A stretch of 64,000 nt of DNA from Candidatus Levyibacteriota bacterium (GTDB lineage: Bacteria; Patescibacteriota; Microgenomatia; Levybacterales; UBA12049): the NCBI GenBank assembly GCA_016186625.1, contig JACPLG010000005.1, positions 36,954-100,953 on the forward strand, given 5' to 3'. This document shows, piece by piece, positions 45,814 to 54,939 of the stretch. Below the pieces are notes generated by a model. The model was not told the DNA's origin and ran no database searches. It saw nothing but the letters and a program-made list of their open reading frames with translations. The position numbers and the translations under genes are program-made. Positions within the stretch are counted from its first letter, which is position 1; each line of letters starts with the position of its first letter.

Positions 45814-46893
45814 TTATAAACGTACGAGCGCTGCTGTCCAGGTAAGACCGGCGCCATAACCGACCAGCAGTCCAATATCTCCCGCCTGAATTTTCCCTTC
45901 TGCCAAACCGTCTTGTAAATCAAAAGGGATTGAAGCGGAAGAAGTGTTGCCATACTTAAGTATTCCGCGGCCATAGTGTCTAGCATTTCCAATTCCAAAC
46001 GTTCCAAGCCCATCAACCATACGAATACTCGCCTGATGATGTAGTACAAAAGTAGCGAGCTCTATATCAACTTCCGGCCCAAGCAGTTCCGCAATATTAG
46101 CTTTATTGATTCTTCCAAAATATCGTTTTAATTCCGGTCCTACCATTTCAAATTGATCTGCGTACGGAGGCCGCCTTACTGTTAGATATGTATCATCCTC
46201 GTGATAATTCGGCGTTCTCATTCTTAACAACCCTTCAGTATCTTTTTCATGTTGTACTGTGGACGCTTCAACCATCAGATCTTCTCCGTAAGTAAATTGC
46301 ATAGCTATTGCCCTATCAGATAAGATTAAACGCGATTTAGAACTGTCTTCTTCTGGCGGCGGGAGAGTCCGGCGATAACCTGTTTCATCCACAACTATAA
46401 GCACACTTTGTCCTTTCGGATCTTTTTGCCGGAGCCAGTCAAGCGCAACAACGAAGCCTGAGCATGCAGTCGAAACTGTATGGGTATTTTGTAAATTTGC
46501 CGGCGCTAAGGGTTTTTCTAAACCTAATTCTGTGACGTTGGCAATAAGGCTTTCTCTTACTTGATTTGCTCTTTGCTGCTTGTCCGGATTATCTGGATCA
46601 AACGGAGGCAAATGGCTTGCACTGACTATCATAATATCAGGTGTTTGCCCTGTCCTTTTTACTAAAGCTTTTGCTACTTTTTCTGCAGCAGAAGCAGATT
46701 CTTCTTCGGTTGCTTCATGTAAAACTGAGGGGCCAAGCTTAGTACGAAAGTCGTAATCAGGAAGTAAGCCAAACTCCGCTAAATACGCGGCATCAATTAT
46801 AATTCTTTCTGTTGGAGTAAATCGTTCAAATTGTATGCCTTGAACTGGTAGTCCAAGCCGTTCCCTTATTTCAGCTACTGTTTCAGCGCCCAT
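45814..46893 (-). CDS. 3-oxoacyl-ACP synthase III (FabH)-like thiolase-fold condensing enzyme; GC-rich relative to flanks
   Basis: Catalytic Cys (VSTACSGFVVAL), His (HHQAS) and Asn (GNTSSASIP), with a C-terminal GYGAGLTWTAALVRL. The N-terminal third is atypical for FabH. Confidence 0.65.
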   Translation of the reverse strand: MGAETVAEIRERLGLPVQGIQFERFTPTERIIIDAAYLAEFGLLPDYDFRTKLGPSVLHEATEEESASAAEKVAKALVKRTGQTPDIMIVSASHLPPFDPDNPDKQQRANQVRESLIANVTELGLEKPLAPANLQNTHTVSTACSGFVVALDWLRQKDPKGQSVLIVVDETGYRRTLPPPEEDSSKSRLILSDRAIAMQFTYGEDLMVEASTVQHEKDTEGLLRMRTPNYHEDDTYLTVRRPPYADQFEMVGPELKRYFGRINKANIAELLGPEVDIELATFVLHHQASIRMVDGLGTFGIGNARHYGRGILKYGNTSSASIPFDLQDGLAEGKIQAGDIGLLVGYGAGLTWTAALVRL

Positions 46894-46994
46894 GAACTAA
46901 TATAGTACCATCTAATTGCAACTGAATTTTTGTTAGATAGATACTCTGATATAATTGCCCCATTTTTTGGCTGAATAACCTGAGAAAATCTTGC

Positions 46995-47015
46995 TTCCCA
47001 CATTCCAAGTGGGAA
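46995..47015. repeat. conserved hairpin repeat, copy 2 (TTCCCAC-ATTCCAA-GTGGGAA)
   Basis: Same stem as copies 1, 3 and 4. Lies in the divergent intergenic region. Confidence 0.6.
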
Positions 47016-47044
47016 AGCAGAGTAGATGATTCATCAATGTATTC

Positions 47045-47080
47045 TAGCACAGTTTTCCGCTCGAGCGGAAAACTGTGCTA
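47045..47080. promoter_or_regulatory. 36-bp perfect palindrome TAGCACAGTTTTCCGCTC|GAGCGGAAAACTGTGCTA
   Basis: The 18-bp arms are exact reverse complements around a CTCGAG centre. Lies 80 bp upstream of the 47160 gene and ~150 bp upstream of the divergent KAS-III-like gene. Confidence 0.7.
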
Positions 47081-47139
47081 ATTTCCTAACCCCTTAATAT
47101 AAACATTAAAGTTTAAGATTTTGTCTTCGTAGCATAACG

Positions 47140-47156
47140 TCTTCTGCTATAATTGC
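47140..47156 (+). promoter_or_regulatory. promoter TCTTCTGCTATAATTGC (extended -10 TGcTATAAT); TATAAT ends 6 nt before the ATG, predicting a leaderless mRNA
   Basis: TATAAT at 47148-47153, start codon at 47160. The same 17-mer is repeated at 47613-47629. Confidence 0.55.
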
Positions 47157-47159
47157 GAC

Positions 47160-47612
47160 ATGAAGAATAAGCAAAAACTTTTAAAGTATCTTAAGAGCAG
47201 AGATTTGATGATTTTGGCAACGAATGGGCCAACCGCCTCAACGTTTTATTATGGAATAGATGATGATTTTAATTTCTACATTGTAACTTCTCCAAATTCT
47301 GAACATGCAAAGAATTTTATCAAAAATCCCAATGTCGCTTGCGTGATTACTGATACAAATCAAAAAATGTTTGAAACCAAAAATAAAAGCGGAGTCCAGA
47401 TTAAAGGAGTGGTTAAACAAGTTTCGAGTGGTCAACTTAAAAAAGCGCTTAATGTTTGGGCTCATGCAAATAAAGAAATGGCAGAAAAGTTTTTTAAAAA
47501 TATCAGTGAGGGAAAATGGAAAGACAAAGTTTATCTAATTAAACCAAGAGAAATTAAATGGTTTAATGAAAAGCTTTACGGAGAACAAGGGACAGAAACA
47601 TTTAGATTCTAA
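47160..47612 (+). CDS. pyridoxamine 5'-phosphate oxidase-like FMN-binding split-barrel protein (general stress protein 26-like)
   Basis: LKSRDLMILATNGPTASTFYYGIDDDFNFYIVTSPNSEHAKNFIKNPNVA pattern typical of the PNPOx-like fold. Confidence 0.6.
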   Translation: MKNKQKLLKYLKSRDLMILATNGPTASTFYYGIDDDFNFYIVTSPNSEHAKNFIKNPNVACVITDTNQKMFETKNKSGVQIKGVVKQVSSGQLKKALNVWAHANKEMAEKFFKNISEGKWKDKVYLIKPREIKWFNEKLYGEQGTETFRF

Positions 47613-47629
47613 TCTTCTGCTATAATTGC
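47613..47629 (+). promoter_or_regulatory. second copy of the TCTTCTGCTATAATTGC promoter, directly after the stop of the PNPOx-like gene; would drive a ~160-nt leader or small RNA ahead of the HAD gene
   Basis: Exact 17-nt direct repeat of 47140-47156. The leader contains the palindromic hairpin TTTGACACTACGTCGTGTCGAAG (47638-47660). Confidence 0.5.
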
Positions 47630-47794
47630 TCCCATTTCTTTGACACTACGTCGTGTCGAAGTTTTTGACACATTATTAGAATCTAACACTTTAGGTTCAC
47701 GCCCTTGGGGTGTAAAGCTATAGAGCACGCCAGAAATTGACAGTGCTGGTCAATTCCAGAAAAACTTCCTAAAGTGTTATAATTAGCTCGTTTT

Positions 47795-48661
47795 ATGGCA
47801 GAATCGGTTATTGCAATTATCTTTGATTTTGACGAGACCTTAGGCCCCGATACTATCTCCCTTTTTCTTCAGCAACAGAAAATCAAACCAGCGCAGTTTT
47901 GGAGCGGCGTAAATGAAATGGTTTCGGACGGTTGGGATCCGCCACTTGCATATATGCATAAGATGCTAGTTTTATCCCAAGAAGGTAAGCTCGATATTTC
48001 AAAAAAGTCTCTTATTAAAAACGGTAAAAGTTTGAAATTGTTTCCCGGTTTGCCTAGTGTATTTTCAGAACTTCGAGACTTTGTTAATAAAAACACTCAG
48101 TTAAAACCCGCTAGGGTATCACTTGAATTTTATATCGCAAGTGGAGGTCTTGAGGAAATAATAAGAGCGACAAAAGTTGAGTCCGAAATAGATGGAATTT
48201 TTGGATGTAATTTTGCCTACGATAAAAAGGGAAATGCAATTGGAATCAAATCGGCAATCTCTTTTACAGAAAAAACCCGATATATCCACGGTATAAGAAA
48301 AGGAATAGATACAAAAGAGCTCAGGAATAATCCGTACAGAATTAATGATGCAATAAGCCTGGATCAACAGAGAATCCCGTTTTCTCAAATGATTTATATA
48401 GGAGACGGACCAAGCGATATTCCATGCTTGTCCATGATAACTCATAATGGTGGGACAGGAATCGGAGTCTCAGCTCCATCCGGAACTTTTAAAAAAGGAT
48501 ACGAGTTAGCAAGAGGAAAAAGAATAACTGTTGGACCATATACTGCCAATTATAAAAAAGGATCTGACATGAGAAAAGTTTTGGAGGAGACAATCCTTAG
48601 AATAGGACTTGAAATTGGCATGGAGAGAAGGAAAAATATTGTGAACGCCCCAGGCCACTAA
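47795..48661 (+). CDS. HAD-superfamily hydrolase
   Basis: Motif I IIFDFDETL (DxDxT) and motif IV IYIGDGPSDIPC. Confidence 0.55.
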   Translation: MAESVIAIIFDFDETLGPDTISLFLQQQKIKPAQFWSGVNEMVSDGWDPPLAYMHKMLVLSQEGKLDISKKSLIKNGKSLKLFPGLPSVFSELRDFVNKNTQLKPARVSLEFYIASGGLEEIIRATKVESEIDGIFGCNFAYDKKGNAIGIKSAISFTEKTRYIHGIRKGIDTKELRNNPYRINDAISLDQQRIPFSQMIYIGDGPSDIPCLSMITHNGGTGIGVSAPSGTFKKGYELARGKRITVGPYTANYKKGSDMRKVLEETILRIGLEIGMERRKNIVNAPGH

Positions 48662-48700
48662 ATTGGATTTAGATTGAGATTTGTAATATCATAAGATCAA

Positions 48701-49246
48701 ATGGAACAAAATTCACCAATAGCAAGGACCTCGATTTCCGGTTTGTTGTTAATTCAAAGGCCGACGATATCAGATGACCGGGGATTTTTTAGAGAACCTG
48801 TGAGAATAAAAGAAATTGAAGAAGCAGCAGGAATCTCGTTCCCAGTTGCACAAATGAACCATGCCCGCTCTTCTAAAAATACATTAAGAGGAATTCATAT
48901 TGCTCCGTGGAATAAACTAGTCTATGTCACAAAAGGCAAAGTCCAGGCGGTTATAGCTGATTTGAGAGAAAATTCCGGGACTTTTGGGAAATATGAATCG
49001 TTTATTATTGGAGACGAAAACCGTGCAAGTATTTTTGTTCCTTCAGGCTTTGGCAATTCGTATGTAGTTTTAAGCGATGATGCAGACTATGTTTATCTTA
49101 CGGATCAAGAATGGGCGCCGGACAAAGAGTTTGGAGTAATTTGGAACGATCCTGACCTTAATATAAAATGGGAATTTGAAGGCGAGCCGGTTCTTTCCGA
49201 AAAAGACCAGCAAAACCCCACCCTTAAAGAAATTTTCCCCAAGTAA
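48701..49246 (+). CDS. rmlC: dTDP-4-dehydrorhamnose 3,5-epimerase-like cupin (RmlC family)
   Basis: LLLIQRPTISDDRGFFRE, RGIHIAPWNKLVYVTKGKVQAVIADLR and GFGNSYVVLSDDADYVY, the RmlC beta-barrel pattern. Confidence 0.7.
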   Translation: MEQNSPIARTSISGLLLIQRPTISDDRGFFREPVRIKEIEEAAGISFPVAQMNHARSSKNTLRGIHIAPWNKLVYVTKGKVQAVIADLRENSGTFGKYESFIIGDENRASIFVPSGFGNSYVVLSDDADYVYLTDQEWAPDKEFGVIWNDPDLNIKWEFEGEPVLSEKDQQNPTLKEIFPK

Positions 49247-49304
49247 AGTCCTTGACTAACTCTATTCCAAAGTGGTCTACTTATATTAGAGGTAAAAATT
49301 TTTT

Positions 49305-50375
49305 ATGAACATCAAAACCGTTACTCACGGGAGTATGACTTTTGCAGTTGTTCAAAGCCCGCAAGAGCTTGAGATAAAGGAGCTTAAAAAAAACTATAAT
49401 TTTAGCTCAATTCATTTAGAAGACTATCTTAGCAGGAAACAATTCCCGAAAATAGAAACTGCCGGAGAATATACTCTTATTGCATTGGATTTTCCCCATG
49501 TGGAAAGCCCAGAGGATGGAAAAAGTGATGAAAAAGTCAAAAAAGAGAGTTCAGATCTTGAGAAAGATAATGTGCCCAAGAAAGAATTTACCACAACAAT
49601 AAAAGATATAATAATCACTCCTGTTGTCCTGCCGACAAAATTACTATTCAGCGAATCTCATAAAAAGAGAATTAATACCTCCCATGTAAATTTTTTTATC
49701 GGGAAAGATTATTTAGTGGTTCTTCATGACGAAAAGACCCCACAGATAGATGAAATTTTCAATTTAATCCAGAAAACTCTTCAGAACAGGGAACAGCTTA
49801 TGGGGAGCGGACCGTATTATCTTTTTTACCGCATTGTAAATCATTTGGTTGATTCAACATATTTGGTTATGAGAGAGATTTCAACCATGATAGATGATAT
49901 AGACATACATCTTCTTAAAAATAACCCGCCACTTAGCGTTGTTGAGGACATTTCTGTTACCAGACGAAACATAGTGTTTTTAAAATCAATGATTGAGCCA
50001 TCTCTTCATATTTTTTCAGATCTTGCAAACGGCAAGCACGAAGAATTTAATAAAACAGACAGAGTTTACTGGAACAGCATCTCAAACCACTTACAGAAAA
50101 CAAAGTATAGGCTCCACAGCAGCCAAGAGCTTATTGAAGGGATTACCTTAAGCCATGAATCACTGCTGACTGCAAAAACAAATGAGATAGTAAAAGTTCT
50201 GACTATGTTTACCGCAATTCTTCTGCCTCTTACTCTTATTGCCAGTATTTACGGAATGAATATAGTAGGACTCCCTTTGGCGGAGGAACCGGGTGCGTTG
50301 GGCACATTAATACTTGCCATGATATTAATAGGCCTTATGATGATTTTAGGTTTTAGAATAAAGAGATGGTTTTAA
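49305..50375 (+). CDS. corA: CorA-family magnesium/cobalt transporter
   Basis: C-terminal two TM helices with the YGMN motif (IYGMNIVGLP). Confidence 0.8.
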   Translation: MNIKTVTHGSMTFAVVQSPQELEIKELKKNYNFSSIHLEDYLSRKQFPKIETAGEYTLIALDFPHVESPEDGKSDEKVKKESSDLEKDNVPKKEFTTTIKDIIITPVVLPTKLLFSESHKKRINTSHVNFFIGKDYLVVLHDEKTPQIDEIFNLIQKTLQNREQLMGSGPYYLFYRIVNHLVDSTYLVMREISTMIDDIDIHLLKNNPPLSVVEDISVTRRNIVFLKSMIEPSLHIFSDLANGKHEEFNKTDRVYWNSISNHLQKTKYRLHSSQELIEGITLSHESLLTAKTNEIVKVLTMFTAILLPLTLIASIYGMNIVGLPLAEEPGALGTLILAMILIGLMMILGFRIKRWF

Positions 50376-50396
50376 TTTGACCAAATAGGAAGTTTT

Positions 50397-51767
50397 ATGG
50401 AAAAGAAACTTGAAAAAATTGTGGGGGCGCCGGCTGACGTACTGGACAAAACAATAAATTTTTCAGAAAACGTTGCAAAAAATCAAACAGTTAAAAAAGC
50501 CGGCGAATATTGGCGCAATCTTGGCCCCGGTCTTACAACAGGCGCATCTGATGATGATCCGTCAGGAATTGCCACTTATTCTCAAGCTGGAGCATCTTAT
50601 GGATTCCAGCTTTTGTGGATGGCTCCCTTTACTTTTCCCCTGATGTCAATTGTCCAGGAAATGTGCGCGCGAATAGGTTTGGTGACTGGCCGCGGGCTTG
50701 CGGCCAACATAAGAATTCACTTTCCAAAATGGGTTTTATATGTTTGTACGGGACTTTTATTTTTTGCTAACACACTTAATATCGGTGCAGATCTTGGAGC
50801 AATGGCGCGATCTACACAGCTTATTTTTCCGGATATAAGATTTGTAACGCTGGTTTTTGGGTTTGCAATTGTAAGCCTTGGGCTTCAAATCTTTGTAAGC
50901 TATGAAAAGTATGCCAGGTATTTGAAATGGATGGCGCTTGTACTTCTTTCTTATATCCTTTCAGCCCTTAGCGTTAATTTGGATTTTAAGGAACTTTTAA
51001 GAAATACATTAATTCCCACGATTAAATTCTCACGCGAACAAATTGTTCTTATTGCGGCAATTTTGGGAACTACAATTTCTCCGTATCTTTTTTTCTGGCA
51101 AACATCGCAGGAGGTAGAAGACAGAATCTCGCACGGAGAAACAACCATAAAACTCAGACAGGAAGCTGTATCGGATAAGGAAATAAAAATAATGCGCCAG
51201 GACGTCTGGTCAGGAATGTTTTTATCAAATCTCGTCATGTTTTTTATAATTGCCGCAACAGCCGCAACGCTTTTTGCAAATGGAATTACGTCTATCACAA
51301 CAGTTGAAGAAGCGGCTGAGGCACTCCGCCCAATTGCCGGGGATCAGGCTTTTCTTTTATTCACCTTTGGGGTAATAGGAACAGGAATGTTAACAATACC
51401 GATTTTAGCAGGCTCAGCATCATATGCCATATCTGAGAGCTTTGGGTGGAAATTCGGTCTTTACAGAAAATTAAAAGAGGCAAATGCATTTTACGGAATA
51501 ATCATTATTTCAACTTTTCTTGGGGTTGCACTCAACTTTGTAGGAGTAAATCCAATAAAAGCTTTGATTTTGGCAGCCGTTGTAAACGGACTTGTTGCGC
51601 CGGTTATTCTAATATTAATAATCATTCTAAGCAGTAATAAAAAAATTATGGGAAATAGAGCAAATCATCCATTCACAACAATCCTGGGACTTTTTATCAC
51701 CAACATCATGATTTTGGTAGGGGCGTTGACTCTAATTTTTTCATTCTCCTCTTTATCGCTATTTTAA
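50397..51767 (+). CDS. NRAMP-family divalent metal transporter
   Basis: DDDPSGIATYSQAGASYGFQLLW (DPGN-type motif), 11-12 TM helices, ~456 aa. Confidence 0.75.
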   Translation: MEKKLEKIVGAPADVLDKTINFSENVAKNQTVKKAGEYWRNLGPGLTTGASDDDPSGIATYSQAGASYGFQLLWMAPFTFPLMSIVQEMCARIGLVTGRGLAANIRIHFPKWVLYVCTGLLFFANTLNIGADLGAMARSTQLIFPDIRFVTLVFGFAIVSLGLQIFVSYEKYARYLKWMALVLLSYILSALSVNLDFKELLRNTLIPTIKFSREQIVLIAAILGTTISPYLFFWQTSQEVEDRISHGETTIKLRQEAVSDKEIKIMRQDVWSGMFLSNLVMFFIIAATAATLFANGITSITTVEEAAEALRPIAGDQAFLLFTFGVIGTGMLTIPILAGSASYAISESFGWKFGLYRKLKEANAFYGIIIISTFLGVALNFVGVNPIKALILAAVVNGLVAPVILILIIILSSNKKIMGNRANHPFTTILGLFITNIMILVGALTLIFSFSSLSLF

Positions 51768-51785
51768 AACTATTATAATAAGTGA

Positions 51786-52466
51786 ATGTTCTCAAAAAAG
51801 CAGATTAATCTTCTAGTTTCAGCGATTATCATTTTGATATCAGCCGTTGCTATTGTACTCTCCGATAATTCTTCAAAGCTCTCGCCCTCTTTTAAAAATG
51901 AATCTATTTCTTCTACTCCGGAAAGTCTTTATGAGGAAGAAGTGCTCGGCCAATCATTACTTTCTTCAGGAGTACCGGTTTTGCCAACTGCTCCTGATAA
52001 GATTGCGGAGGAAGATTCGGACAACCAGGAAAGCGAGCAAGTGGATGAGGCAGGATACAGGGTTGTGAAGATTGTTGACGGAGATACCTTGGACGTTGAA
52101 ATTGACGGAAAAATTGAGCGTTTAAGACTTATCGGAATAGATACTCCCGAGACAGTAGACCCCCGAAAAAGCGTTAAGTGCTATGGACGTGAGGCTAGTA
52201 ACAAGGCAAAAGAGTTACTCGAGGGTCAGTTCGTTAGCTTGGAATCAGACGAAACACAAGGAGAGCGGGATAAATATAAAAGGCTTCTTCGTTATGTTTT
52301 CCTTGCGGATGGCACCAATTTTAATTTGTACATGATTGCCGAAGGTTACGCCCATGAATATACCTATGCCAACCCCTATAAATATCAAGTCGAGTTTAGG
52401 CAAGCAGAAATTGATGCCCGAGAAAATTCAAGGGGCCTTTGGAATCCACAAGTCTGTCCTAATTAA
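51786..52466 (+). CDS. thermonuclease (staphylococcal nuclease homologue), membrane-anchored/secreted
   Basis: VKIVDGDTLDVEIDGKIERLRLIGIDTPET and YVFLADGTNFNLYMIAEGYA SNase motifs. N-terminal TM. Confidence 0.8.
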   Translation: MFSKKQINLLVSAIIILISAVAIVLSDNSSKLSPSFKNESISSTPESLYEEEVLGQSLLSSGVPVLPTAPDKIAEEDSDNQESEQVDEAGYRVVKIVDGDTLDVEIDGKIERLRLIGIDTPETVDPRKSVKCYGREASNKAKELLEGQFVSLESDETQGERDKYKRLLRYVFLADGTNFNLYMIAEGYAHEYTYANPYKYQVEFRQAEIDARENSRGLWNPQVCPN

Positions 52467-52482
52467 AAATTTGAACTCTAGC

Positions 52483-52503
52483 TTCCCACATTCCATGTGG
52501 GAA
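52483..52503. repeat. conserved hairpin repeat, copy 3 (TTCCCACAT-TCC-ATGTGGGAA)
   Basis: Identical over 26 nt to copy 1, including the flanking GGGAACAC. Lies just after the thermonuclease stop. Confidence 0.7.
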
Positions 52504-52572
52504 CACAGATTGAAAAAGAGGTAGGCTTCGCCCACTTGTTGGGGAAATCTATAACTTGCTATAATTCCTCCT

Positions 52573-53358
52573 ATGAAACTTTTGTGCTTAAATCTTTGGG
52601 GCGGTCAGGTTTACAAACCGCTTTTAGAATTTATTAAACAGCAAAAAGATGTTGATATTTTCTGCTTTCAAGAAGTTATGCAATCTTCGGTCAGCAAATT
52701 CAGTAACAAGGCAAAGACAGATGTCTATAATGATCTTTCAAAAATTCTTAAAAACTATACTGGTTTTTTGGCAACACCAATTCTTTCAGGTTTTGATCTC
52801 AAGGAAAAAGTTGACTTTGACCTAAAATTTGGCCAGGCAACCTTTGTCAAAAAAGGAATCAAAGTAGTGTCTGATGAGACCTATTTTGTTTATGGACAAA
52901 AAGGGCCGGTTTCTTTTTGGAAGATAGAAAAGAATACAAGAAGATATCTTGATATTCCGCGAAATATGCAGTGTCTAGTTATTGACCAGGGCAATAAAAA
53001 AATTTTAATAGGGAACCTGCATGGCTTTTGGATGCCAGTATCAAAAAAGGATTCACCGCACCGAATAAGACAGTCAAATAAAATAAGGGAAATTTTTGAT
53101 CAGCACCCTGGCCCAAAAATTCTTTGTGGGGATTTTAATCTCAGACCTGAGACAAAAAGCATGAAAATACTTGAGGAGAATATGAGAAATTTAATTGTTG
53201 AATACGGGATAGAAAGTACGAGGAGCAAGCATCATAGAAGGACAAATAAATACGCGGATTATATTATGGTATCTGCGGATATTAAGATAAATCGATTCGA
53301 AGCAATGGATGCGCATGTCTCGGACCATTTGCCACTACTTTTAGAGTTTTCGGTTTAA
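52573..53358 (+). CDS. endonuclease/exonuclease/phosphatase (EEP) family protein
   Basis: MKLLCLNLWGG, CFQEV and C-terminal SDHLPL motifs characteristic of the EEP fold. Confidence 0.7.
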   Translation: MKLLCLNLWGGQVYKPLLEFIKQQKDVDIFCFQEVMQSSVSKFSNKAKTDVYNDLSKILKNYTGFLATPILSGFDLKEKVDFDLKFGQATFVKKGIKVVSDETYFVYGQKGPVSFWKIEKNTRRYLDIPRNMQCLVIDQGNKKILIGNLHGFWMPVSKKDSPHRIRQSNKIREIFDQHPGPKILCGDFNLRPETKSMKILEENMRNLIVEYGIESTRSKHHRRTNKYADYIMVSADIKINRFEAMDAHVSDHLPLLLEFSV

Positions 53359-53366
53359 GTTCGTAA

Positions 53367-53399
53367 TTTGAGTTCCCACTTTCCATGTGGGAACTCAAA
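53367..53399. repeat. conserved hairpin repeat, copy 4, extended to a 13-bp stem (TTTGAGTTCCCAC-TTTCCAT-GTGGGAACTCAAA) between convergent genes
   Basis: Perfect 13-bp stem read directly. Overlaps the nth stop codon region. Confidence 0.7.
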
Positions 53400-54012
53400 G
53401 AATAAAACTTCTGAGGGGACAATTTTGGTGTTTGCAACGGGCAGGGCAATACTTCCTTCCGTAGTCAATAAGAAGATAAGTAACTGCCCCCCAATCTTTT
53501 TTTGGAACAACTTCCATTAAGTCTTGCTCGATTTTGTTAGGATTTGCTTGCTGAGACAATCCAAACAAGTTTGATAAGCGCTTAACATGTGTATCAACCG
53601 CTATTCCTTCATTTTTTTCATAAATATTAAAAAGCAGCACATTTGCCGTTTTTCTACCAACTCCGGGAAGTTTAACCAACTCTTCCATTGAATCCGGAAG
53701 TTTACCACCGTATTGTTTGCTTACAATCTCCAAAGCTGATTTTATATTTTTAGCCTTACCTCTATAAAGGCCAATTCGTTTGATATCTTTTTCAAACTCG
53801 GGGAGAGGGACTCTTAGGTAATCAATTAAAGTTCGATACTTTTTGAAAAGATCTGCGGTGACCACATTCACTTGTTTGTCTGTAGTTTGCGCTGACAAAA
53901 CTACTGCCACAAAAAGTTCGATTGGAGTAGTGTAATTTAAAGCTATCTTGGTCTTTGGAAACAGCTTTTTGAGTTCTGAAATTAAAATTTGCGTTCTTTC
54001 TTTTTTATCCAT
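53395..54012 (-). CDS. nth: endonuclease III
   Basis: HhH-GPD (LPGVGRKTANVLL), catalytic Lys/Asp, and a C-terminal 4Fe-4S cluster loop C-x6-C-x2-C-x5-C (CPARCKHQNCPL). Confidence 0.85.
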   Translation of the reverse strand: MDKKERTQILISELKKLFPKTKIALNYTTPIELFVAVVLSAQTTDKQVNVVTADLFKKYRTLIDYLRVPLPEFEKDIKRIGLYRGKAKNIKSALEIVSKQYGGKLPDSMEELVKLPGVGRKTANVLLFNIYEKNEGIAVDTHVKRLSNLFGLSQQANPNKIEQDLMEVVPKKDWGAVTYLLIDYGRKYCPARCKHQNCPLRSFIL

Positions 54013-54102
54013 TCAAAGATTATATCAGAGGATCAATGTTTCTACTCACAATTTAATCTAATTGACACAAAGACAAAGACGTTTTATAATCCCTCGCATA
54101 TT

Positions 54103-54915
54103 ATGGCAATAGCAGAATATGGTCCCAGAAGCTCTGATGGTACACCTACGGTGGATTCATTGGAAGCAATCTACATATCTATCTGGTCGGGAAACGCTAA
54201 TATAGCGAGTAGACTACGCCCTCGAATAGCAGCGATACCCTTTTCTCCTTATTGGAGCGATAGGTTTAAGGACTTTGCAACCCTAGGAAGATATAATGTT
54301 GTGCCTGGGCAATTATTTGCACAAACTATTTATGAAGTCTCAAAACAACAAGAAGGAGAGGAGTTAAATAGAACTGTAGCTATTGAATTAGGAATTCACT
54401 CTGGGGAAGCAGTTTTGGAAGCAGCTATTGATCTTCCTCTTTCACCAGAAGCAGTTTCTTTACCCGAACTTGATCTGGAGCCTTTACCTCAGGCTTTATT
54501 GGCCATACGACTAGCTATAGAAACATCTAAATATATACTGCATCCTGCTCCTAGAGTAATATCTGATAGTTGGATCTATTTTATTCAGCGCCTTGCTTCG
54601 GAAGATTCAATAAAGTACAGTGCTCTGTCTGCTGAATTGATGAGGAAGTTGGGAAATACAGCCATTGAAGTTCAATCTATTAGAGCAGAGGAGGCGGGAT
54701 TGCTAGGGGGATTTAACGATTTTAACAGAGATCACGAAATAAGCTGCGCAATAGCGGAAGTCTTAGCCCATCATTTTCCCACAATTGTCCTTCAAGGATT
54801 AACAGAGGCTCCGAAATACGTTTTTTATGAGCCTAGGTTAGGAGGTAGACTAAACCCGCCCGTTCCAGAAGAAGATCTGCTTGAAAGAAATGTCTCGCCT
54901 GTATTAACTGAATAA
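54103..54915 (+). CDS. hypothetical protein (A/L/E/P-rich, compositionally atypical)
   Basis: The listed ORF begins at 53989 and overlaps the nth start. The internal ATG at 54103 (MAIAEYGPRSSDG) is more plausible. I recognise no motif. Confidence 0.35.
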   Translation: MAIAEYGPRSSDGTPTVDSLEAIYISIWSGNANIASRLRPRIAAIPFSPYWSDRFKDFATLGRYNVVPGQLFAQTIYEVSKQQEGEELNRTVAIELGIHSGEAVLEAAIDLPLSPEAVSLPELDLEPLPQALLAIRLAIETSKYILHPAPRVISDSWIYFIQRLASEDSIKYSALSAELMRKLGNTAIEVQSIRAEEAGLLGGFNDFNRDHEISCAIAEVLAHHFPTIVLQGLTEAPKYVFYEPRLGGRLNPPVPEEDLLERNVSPVLTE

Positions 54916-54939
54916 TCTGTTATCTCTTACTTGTTCATT

